This document shows, piece after piece, positions 57,374 through 64,000 of a stretch of 64,000 nucleotides of DNA (positions are counted from its first letter, which is position 1; every line of letters begins with the position of its first letter). A program made the position numbers and the translations under genes. The DNA is from Bacteroidota bacterium (GTDB lineage: Bacteria; Bacteroidota; Bacteroidia; UBA7662; JAIXUI01). The notes below the pieces were generated by a model. The model was not told where the DNA came from. It saw only the letters and a program-made list of their open reading frames with translations, and did not search any database. The stretch is from positions 10,254 through 74,253 of the forward strand of contig JAIXUI010000124.1 of the NCBI GenBank assembly GCA_027484125.1, written 5' to 3'.

Positions 57374-59071
57374 CTACTTTTTAACATTTGAAAAAGCTAG
57401 TTTACTTCTTTTAAATCCATAAAACGCATAAATAACTAACCCTGCAAGCAGCCACAGTCCAAACCTGAGCCAGTTGGTCCATTCAAGTTCACAAATGAGA
57501 AAAAGGTCAAAAAACAGTCCTAACACTGGAATTAACGACCATTTCCATCTGATACAACCTACCAACAGCATGACGCAAAAAGCGCCAAAAAACCAGTGTG
57601 GGATTCTGCTTCCAATAGGATGCTCCACCGATCCTTGCAAAAAATAATCATTTAACAATTGGTTGTTCTCATTGATCCCAACGGTTAAAAAGGTTATCAA
57701 AATAACTGGGAACCAGTATCTGCCAGATACATAAGGAACCTGAAACCTGGCTTTAGGGAGTGATTTATCACGCTTTAAAAGCAATACGCCTCCACAAACC
57801 AATGCGAAAGCGAACAAGGTCCCAATGCTGGAGAGTTCCGTAACTTCCGTAAGATTCATGAATAAAGCAGGTACTGCCACCAAAATCCCTGTTACTACTG
57901 TAGCAAACGCAGGTGTTTTGAATTTGGGATGAATTTGAGAGAATTTAGCGGGCAATAAACCATCCCTACTCATACTCATCCAGATTCGTGGTTGCCCCAT
58001 CTGAAACACCAAAAGCACAGAAGCCATCGCAACTACTGCACTTACGGACACTAATCCATTCATCCAGTTGAGTCCGACTCGTTCAAATACGTATGCCAAG
58101 GGGTCGCCTACACCCAGCTCCTGATAAGGAACCATGCCGGTAAGCGTCAAGGCTATTAGCACATACAAAACGGTGCAAACCAGCAAACTAATGATCATGG
58201 CTTTGGGCAGATCCCGTTGAGGTTCTTTACACTCTTCGGCTGTGGTGGAGATAGCATCGAAACCGATGAAGGCGAAAAAAACTCCAGCAACACCTTTCAA
58301 CACACCTGAGATTCCGTTGGGAGCAAAAGGATTCCAGTTTTCAGGACTTACGTAAAATGCTCCTACAGCTATCACCAACACGATAATCACCAGCTTTAGT
58401 ATCACCAATAAGTTGTTCGCACGCTTAGACTCTCTAATCCCTACATAAACCAAAATGGTAATTAATACTACAATTGAAAAAGCCGGCACATCGGCAATAA
58501 ACCTCAAGCTTCCCCATTGAGGAGCCGTTTGCCAGGCATCACGTGCTTCAATCAATGAAGGTGTTAAAGCCTTACCTTCTCTTAAAAGGGTTTCAATAGC
58601 AGCTTGGGCTCTGGAAGCAGACAAATAATCCATGCTGCACCAAGCAGGAATTTTCCAGCCCAAGCCAGCCATCAGGTTAGTAAAATAGTCGGACCACGGA
58701 ATGGCTACGGCTATGTTACCAATACAATATTCAATGATTAAATCCCAGCCGATTATCCAAGCGATAAGTTCACCAAAGCTGGCATAAGCATAGGTGTAAG
58801 CGCTGCCTGCTATCGGTATTCTAGAGGCAAACTCTGCATAACACAATGCAGAGAATCCACAAGCAACCGCGGTAAAAACGAATAACAAAGATACAGCGGG
58901 ACCTCCATGAACAGCCGCAGTGCCGATGGTGCCAAATATTCCGGCTCCAATTACTGCTGCTATGCCAAACGCAGTAAGATCCCAAACCCCTAAGTTCTTA
59001 TGTAAACTATGTTCCTCCTCAGGTCGCTCCAGGATGGCCTGTAAGGTCTTTCGTCTGAACAGCTTTTTCAA
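57374..59071 (-). CDS. APC-family amino acid permease
   Basis: ~12 TM helices and the typical APC N-terminal core (GAGIFGTIGTAAVHGGPAVSLLFVFTAVACGFSALCYAEFASRIPIAGSAYTYAYASFGE). The track start is TTG. Confidence 0.75.
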   Translation of the reverse strand: MKKLFRRKTLQAILERPEEEHSLHKNLGVWDLTAFGIAAVIGAGIFGTIGTAAVHGGPAVSLLFVFTAVACGFSALCYAEFASRIPIAGSAYTYAYASFGELIAWIIGWDLIIEYCIGNIAVAIPWSDYFTNLMAGLGWKIPAWCSMDYLSASRAQAAIETLLREGKALTPSLIEARDAWQTAPQWGSLRFIADVPAFSIVVLITILVYVGIRESKRANNLLVILKLVIIVLVIAVGAFYVSPENWNPFAPNGISGVLKGVAGVFFAFIGFDAISTTAEECKEPQRDLPKAMIISLLVCTVLYVLIALTLTGMVPYQELGVGDPLAYVFERVGLNWMNGLVSVSAVVAMASVLLVFQMGQPRIWMSMSRDGLLPAKFSQIHPKFKTPAFATVVTGILVAVPALFMNLTEVTELSSIGTLFAFALVCGGVLLLKRDKSLPKARFQVPYVSGRYWFPVILITFLTVGINENNQLLNDYFLQGSVEHPIGSRIPHWFFGAFCVMLLVGCIRWKWSLIPVLGLFFDLFLICELEWTNWLRFGLWLLAGLVIYAFYGFKRSKLAFSNVKK

Positions 59072-59088
59072 GACAGGGGTTGCCCGGT

Positions 59089-60609
59089 TTAATTATTTCT
59101 CTCTGCTTTACCAAGAACGCTGTTTCTTCGGCCATAACCGTAATAAATCAGCATCCCGAGTGCCATCCAAATGAACAAACGCAACCAAGTATCCAGAGGT
59201 AAGAAGGCCATTTGAACCAAGCAAACCAAAGCGCCTGCAATCGGAATGAATGGAACCATCGGAACTTTGAATGGACGATTGAGCTCAGGACGAGTGCGGC
59301 GCAAAATCCAAATACCAATGCACACAATGGCAAAAGCGAACAAAGTTCCAATAGACACAAGCTCTCCTAATATGTTAATGGGCAACACCCCGGCTAAAAT
59401 CATTGAAACTATGCCTGTGATGATGGTTCCAACATAAGGCGTTTGAAACTTAGGATGTACTTTACCAAATAATCCCGGAAGTAAACCATCGCGGCTCATG
59501 GAAAGGAAAATTCGGGGTTGACCCATCAGCATCACAAGAATTACAGAGCTTAATCCGGCTATTGCAGCCATCTTAATGATTGGTCTTAGCCAATTCATTC
59601 CCTCTCCCATTCTGTTTACCCCTACTGCAATGGGGTCAGCAACGTTTAAGTCGGTGTAATGAACAATACCAGTTAGTGCCAGTGCAACCAAAATGTAGAG
59701 CACCGTTGAAATTCCGAGTGAACCCAAAATTCCGACCGGCATGTCCTTTTGAGGATTTTTCGCTTCCTGAGCGGCTGTACTCACCGCATCGAACCCAATG
59801 TAGGCAAAGAAGATAACGCCGGCAGCTCGGAAGATTCCTGACCATCCAAAATGGCCGGACTCACCGGTATTCTCTGGTATAAATGGTGTCCAGTTATCTA
59901 CGTTGATATAGGCAAAGCCAAGCCCGATGAAAATCAGGATTACCGCGACCTTCAATATCACCATGATGTTGTTGAAAGAAGCGGATTCTCTAACACCAAC
60001 AATCAATAAGGAGGAAATAATGAAGATGATGGCCATAGCCGGAACATTGGCAAAAGCGGTAATATGCTCCAAATTGGCTGCATCAATTCCTTGTGCGGTA
60101 AGCGTTTTAGTCAAGTTAGCATCGAGGATTTTCCATGTGCCATCAGCGAGCTTTACAAACTCAGTTCCGGCAGCAGCGGTATATTGAAGCGGAATTTCGA
60201 GCCCCACATCCTTCAAAAAAGAAACGATGTACCCACTCCAACCGACAGCAACGGTAGAGGCCGCAAATAAATATTCCAATATCAAATCCCAACCGATAAT
60301 CCAGGCGAACGTTTCACCCATGGTAGCATAAGCATAGGTGTAAGCAGAGCCTGCAATCGGAATCATGGAAGCGAACTCCGCGTAACAAAGCCCGGCAAAT
60401 GCACAAGCAATTCCGCTAATGATGAAACTGATGACGATAGCAGGACCCGCATACTGAGCTGCCGCCTGACCTGTTAACACGAAAATTCCGGCTCCTATGA
60501 TGGCGCCTACCCCAAGGCTTACTAGGTTAAGTTTGCCTAACGATCGCTTGAGAGTGTGCTCCTGACTGGAGGCCTCCTGTAGAATTTTCTCTATGGGTTT
60601 GTATGGCAT
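59089..60609 (-). CDS. APC-family amino acid permease (tandem paralog)
   Basis: Collinear with the downstream permease (GAGIFVLTGQAAAQYAGPAIVISFIISGIACAFAGLCYAEFASMIPIAGSAYTYAYATMGE); the gap between them is 17 nt. Confidence 0.75.
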   Translation of the reverse strand: MPYKPIEKILQEASSQEHTLKRSLGKLNLVSLGVGAIIGAGIFVLTGQAAAQYAGPAIVISFIISGIACAFAGLCYAEFASMIPIAGSAYTYAYATMGETFAWIIGWDLILEYLFAASTVAVGWSGYIVSFLKDVGLEIPLQYTAAAGTEFVKLADGTWKILDANLTKTLTAQGIDAANLEHITAFANVPAMAIIFIISSLLIVGVRESASFNNIMVILKVAVILIFIGLGFAYINVDNWTPFIPENTGESGHFGWSGIFRAAGVIFFAYIGFDAVSTAAQEAKNPQKDMPVGILGSLGISTVLYILVALALTGIVHYTDLNVADPIAVGVNRMGEGMNWLRPIIKMAAIAGLSSVILVMLMGQPRIFLSMSRDGLLPGLFGKVHPKFQTPYVGTIITGIVSMILAGVLPINILGELVSIGTLFAFAIVCIGIWILRRTRPELNRPFKVPMVPFIPIAGALVCLVQMAFLPLDTWLRLFIWMALGMLIYYGYGRRNSVLGKAERNN

Positions 60610-60654
60610 GGTTTAAAATCTGGTTGGAATAGAAAGCCAAAATAAACAAAAGCA

Positions 60655-61521
60655 TCACGCTTCTACTATGTCTTCCCATTTATCCAAAACATCCTGAATA
60701 AATTGGGAGACGAGCGCACTGGGGTTGTCTGCAAACTGCTTGAGCGGCCTGTTGGCTAATAACACACTGATACTCAAGGCTTGATGCCCAAACAACTCGC
60801 ATAATCCATAGATAGCGGACGTTTCCATTTCAAAATTGGTCAATTGAAATCCTTGGTATTTAAAGGCCTCCACAGCTTCCCAAAATGTATTTTGAAGCTT
60901 ACTTGGTGCACCTACTGATCGGCCTTGAGGCCCATAAAAACCGGGAGCAGTGAGGGTAATCCCCATCGGCCATTGAGCAAAAACACCTGCCAATGCTGGT
61001 GAAGCTCTCACTCCATAAGGCACAATAAATTCTGGTAATGGCACTTTTTGGATGAAGGCTTGTGCCAAACCATGTTCACCTGTTGGGGGATAAAAGTGCA
61101 TGAGGTTATCTAAGCCAATTGCTAAAGCCGAAACCATGTAATCGCCGGGAAGAAAATCGGGCTGTAAGCTCCCGGATGTTCCTAATCGGATAATCTTTAG
61201 CTTACGCCTATCTTCCGGCTGCTTCCAGCTTTTCTTCTCTATGTCGTAACATACCAGTGCATGGAGCTCATTGATCACTATATCGATGTTGTCCGGCCCA
61301 ATTCCGGTAGAAATCACGGTAACGCGCTTTCCTCTCAACGTGCCTGTATGAGTCACAAACTCCCTGTGCTTGGCTTTGAACTCTATTGAGTCGAAATGGG
61401 CTGATACAGCCTCTACCCTTTCAGGGTCACCAACGGTGAAAATCACGTCTGCTACCTCTTCGCTTCTTAGTCCAAGGTGGTAAATACGGCCGTCAGCTTG
61501 TAAGATTAACTCAGAATTCAT
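60655..61521 (-). CDS. nucleoside phosphorylase (uridine phosphorylase/PNP family 1)
   Basis: YHLGLRSEEVADVIFTVGDPERVEAVSAHF...HREFVTHTGTLRGKRVTVISTGIGPDNIDIVINEL aligns with E. coli Udp (FHLGLTKNDL...VPGDPDRV...HREFTTW...GKPVIVCSTGIGGPS). ATG at 61521 (track start 61530 is TTG). Confidence 0.65.
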   Translation of the reverse strand: MNSELILQADGRIYHLGLRSEEVADVIFTVGDPERVEAVSAHFDSIEFKAKHREFVTHTGTLRGKRVTVISTGIGPDNIDIVINELHALVCYDIEKKSWKQPEDRRKLKIIRLGTSGSLQPDFLPGDYMVSALAIGLDNLMHFYPPTGEHGLAQAFIQKVPLPEFIVPYGVRASPALAGVFAQWPMGITLTAPGFYGPQGRSVGAPSKLQNTFWEAVEAFKYQGFQLTNFEMETSAIYGLCELFGHQALSISVLLANRPLKQFADNPSALVSQFIQDVLDKWEDIVEA

Positions 61522-61596
61522 GGTTGGCAAAATTGCACTTATCCTTGAAATTATGGCATTTCAAAACCAATGAACCTATAAATCGGTTCTAACTAC

Positions 61597-62064
61597 ATGT
61601 CTTTACACCGATTAGAGCGCATCCAAAAGCTTCCTATCTCCCTGGAAGAAGCATGGAACTTTTTCTCAAGCCCCGCCAATTTACAAGCCATAACACCCGA
61701 ATACATGGGATTTAAAGTACTTACCAGTCTTCCTCCCAAGATGTATGCAGGACAAATCATTGAATATAAAGTAAGCCCGGTACTGAACATCCCTTTGCAT
61801 TGGGTCACTGAAATCACCCATGTAGAAGCACCGGTTTTTTTCATTGATGAACAACGATTCGGCCCTTATGCTTTTTGGCATCACCAGCACCACTTTCTCC
61901 CAATCAATGGGGGGGTGCAAATGAAAGATATCGTGCATTATAAACTCCCTCTCGGGCCGCTTGGGGATATTGCCCACGAACTTTTTGTAAAAAAACAACT
62001 GGAAGAAATATTCGAATTTCGTTTCAAAATACTTGAAGAGAAATTCGGAAAGATGCCTGACTAA
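61597..62064 (+). CDS. SRPBCC-superfamily protein (polyketide cyclase/START-like)
   Basis: 155 aa; HRLERIQKLPISLEEAWNFFSSPANLQAITPEYMGFKV is typical of the SRPBCC ligand-binding domain. Confidence 0.55.
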   Translation: MSLHRLERIQKLPISLEEAWNFFSSPANLQAITPEYMGFKVLTSLPPKMYAGQIIEYKVSPVLNIPLHWVTEITHVEAPVFFIDEQRFGPYAFWHHQHHFLPINGGVQMKDIVHYKLPLGPLGDIAHELFVKKQLEEIFEFRFKILEEKFGKMPD

Positions 62065-62132
62065 GCAATCAAATCGAGCCAGGTTGTTCGCAGGCTATGA
62101 TGCGTATTTGATATTATTGCGACCTTTGCGCC

Positions 62133-64000
62133 ATGTTCAGATATGTCCTGTTGCTTTTAGTCCTCTTAATTTCTAATTTACATCCTGCACTTTCACAAAC
62201 AGAGAAACTTCAGGCTTCCGGAAGATTACTAGACCCCACGGGACAAGGCGTATCGTTTTCTACTGTAATCGCCTTTTTACTCCCAGATACCCTTAAGCCG
62301 GCAGGTGGTGCAAGTACAGATGATGGGGGTAATTTCAAAATAGATGGACTAAAGCCTGGCCAATACAAGTTAAAAGTCAGTGCCTTAGGCTTCAAAACCA
62401 GATGGGTTGGCCCTTTTGACTTACAAAAAAACAGTGTTTGGCCGGTCATTAAACTAGAGTCGAAGGCCAATACGCTTAAGGATGTAACCGTTGCCGAGGA
62501 TAAAGTCTATATGCAGCAGCAAATAGACAAGAAAGTATTTGCGGTTGACCGCGACCTCAATAGCCAAGGGGGAACGGCCACCGATGTACTCGGCAATGTA
62601 CCGGGAGTAACGGTAGATCCTGACCGTGCAGTGTCGCTAAGAGGCAATACCGGTGTTACCATATTGATTGACGGAAAGCCGTCGGCTCTGCTAGGTAGTA
62701 GCCGCCAAGCCATGTTGGATCAACTTCCAGCCAACGAGATTGAGAGCATTGAAGTAATCACCAACCCTTCTGCGAAATACGACCCGGATGGCATGGCTGG
62801 CATTATCAACATAGTGATGAAGAAAAACCGCCAGGCAGGCATGAATGGCAATCTTCAACTCAATGTTGGCTCCAACGACAAATACACCGGAAGCCTCAGT
62901 TTGGGAATAAGAAAAGGCAAAAGCAGCACACTTTTCAGTTATTCAGCTCAAGAACAAATACACTACTTGCGTTACCGACTTAACAGAACCAACTCGCTTG
63001 ACACGCTTTTCTATTTGCGTCAGCAAAGCAATGGTTTCAACCGAAATAAGACCCATTCTTTCCGACTAAGTACAGAATACAACCTGAGCCCTTCGCAAAC
63101 TTTAAGCGCTACAGGTGGTTTCAACACCCGGGACGATATGACCTACTGGGACATTGATTACCGCTTTTTAGACTCCACTACCAGTCCATTTAGTAGATCG
63201 GAACGCGTAACTGGAGCTACAAGGCTTGGTTACAACTGGGATGCCGCCGTTTCCTGGAAGTGGACCGGAAAAAAACCTAAACAAAGCTTTAGTGCCGACC
63301 TCAATTACTCACAGAACAACAGCGTTGATTGGCTTGATGCTCGTCAAGACTTGGTGCGGGTTTCCGACAACTTCAGCCTTTCTCCACTGCAAGCACAGCG
63401 TACCAACACTCCCCGAAGTTCCTCCATCTTTACTGCTTTGATAGAAGGCAGCCAGCCAATTGGCAAAAACAATAGAATTGAAGCCGGATTAAAGCTTATC
63501 AGAAGGTCGATGGACAACGATTTTAGATCTGAAAGCTTTAGACATTCTTCTGTTAATTGGGAAAACGACCCCGGACTAACCAATCGATTGCAGTATGTGG
63601 AAGATGTTTGGTCAGCTTATGGTTTAGTTACCGGAAGTTTGGGCAAATTTGGCTACTCCTTGGGGCTCAGAGCGGAGCAAACAAATGCAGAAACCCGACA
63701 GATTACCCTTGGAATGAATGTTCCATTGCGGTATTTCAGCCTATTTCCGTCGTTGGCTATACAACGAAAGTTGGGTGAACGTGAAGAGATTGCATTCAAC
63801 CTAAGTCGTAGAATTACCCGCCCATCGGTTGAGAACCTCAATCCATTTCCTGAATATACCGACCCTCTCAACTTGATGGTTGGCAACCCGTACTTGCGCC
63901 CTGAGTTCATTCAGGCAGCGGAATTGAGTTATCTGAAAGGACTAAAAAAGGGCAGCTTCAACATCAACGTCTATTATCGTTATCAGTACGACATCATCTC
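62133..64000 (+). CDS. outer membrane beta-barrel protein, TonB-dependent-receptor-like (CarboxypepD_reg + plug), partial at right edge
   Basis: ATG at 62133, open through position 64000 with no stop, so it is absent from the ORF track. Signal peptide MFRYVLLLLVLLISNLHPALSQ. A carboxypeptidase-regulatory-like domain (GRLLDPTGQGVSFSTVIAF...DGLKPGQYKLKVSALGFKT). A plug-like segment (DVLGNVPGVTVD...VSLRGNTGVTILIDGKP). Then beta-strand-rich sequence. Confidence 0.7.
   Translation, partial: MFRYVLLLLVLLISNLHPALSQTEKLQASGRLLDPTGQGVSFSTVIAFLLPDTLKPAGGASTDDGGNFKIDGLKPGQYKLKVSALGFKTRWVGPFDLQKNSVWPVIKLESKANTLKDVTVAEDKVYMQQQIDKKVFAVDRDLNSQGGTATDVLGNVPGVTVDPDRAVSLRGNTGVTILIDGKPSALLGSSRQAMLDQLPANEIESIEVITNPSAKYDPDGMAGIINIVMKKNRQAGMNGNLQLNVGSNDKYTGSLSLGIRKGKSSTLFSYSAQEQIHYLRYRLNRTNSLDTLFYLRQQSNGFNRNKTHSFRLSTEYNLSPSQTLSATGGFNTRDDMTYWDIDYRFLDSTTSPFSRSERVTGATRLGYNWDAAVSWKWTGKKPKQSFSADLNYSQNNSVDWLDARQDLVRVSDNFSLSPLQAQRTNTPRSSSIFTALIEGSQPIGKNNRIEAGLKLIRRSMDNDFRSESFRHSSVNWENDPGLTNRLQYVEDVWSAYGLVTGSLGKFGYSLGLRAEQTNAETRQITLGMNVPLRYFSLFPSLAIQRKLGEREEIAFNLSRRITRPSVENLNPFPEYTDPLNLMVGNPYLRPEFIQAAELSYLKGLKKGSFNINVYYRYQYDII

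Noticed and set aside
62210-63910. Minus-strand ORFs 62210..62470, 62507..62713, 63344..63583, 63653..63910
   Set aside because: They overlap the long, coherent plus-strand TonB-like receptor frame (62133 onwards), which has a signal peptide, CarboxypepD_reg and plug motifs.
1-64000. tRNA, rRNA, riboswitch, IS element, integrase or cas search
   Set aside because: Intergenic spaces are short and contain no cloverleaf-like or rRNA-like sequence that I could recognise. No transposase or integrase-like ORFs are in the six-frame track.

Overview
This window is dense chromosomal DNA from a Bacteroidota genome, probably Cytophagia- or Sphingobacteriia-like, about 45% GC, with most genes on the minus strand. 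No tools were run; calls rest on reading the ORF-track translations and the raw sequence. The ORF track appears to show TTG/GTG starts as M, so several starts were re-derived. Recognisable content, left to right:
- The N-terminal nuclease part of an MmeI-like type IIG/IIL restriction-modification enzyme running off the left edge.
- A low-GC islet with five tandem ~57-bp operator-like repeats (each TGACAC-N22-GTGTCA) in the divergent promoter region, followed by an XRE-type HTH protein and a coiled-coil protein.
- Housekeeping genes: ispE, a hybrid sensor kinase plus an orphan receiver, murQ, a C-terminal processing peptidase, RNase Z, a STAS protein, purC and phoH.
- The complete type IX secretion/gliding core operon porP-gldK-gldL-gldM-gldN.
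- An SDR, hemD and a DUF4271 gene.
- Five tightly packed minus-strand genes (22878-33808) that I cannot assign to any characterised system: three large signal-peptide proteins (IPT/Big-like with S/T/G-rich tandem repeats; a 959-aa S/T/G-rich protein; an FN3-containing protein) followed by a 702-aa predicted outer-membrane barrel and an Omp85/TamA/TpsB-like transporter. This is my top candidate for a novel surface-assembly or secretion module.
- dusB, nadD, gmk, yicC, an NAD-dependent epimerase, and a TPR/LpoB-like and LPP20-like lipoprotein pair.
- rbfA, an FtsX/LolE-like permease, guaB and a GDPD-family phosphodiesterase.
- A 4096-aa beta-helix-repeat giant protein with a T9SS type-A C-terminal sorting domain.
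- Two tandem APC-family amino-acid permeases, a Udp-like nucleoside phosphorylase, an SRPBCC protein and a partial TonB-like outer-membrane barrel at the right edge.
No rRNA, tRNA, CRISPR array, transposase or integrase was seen.
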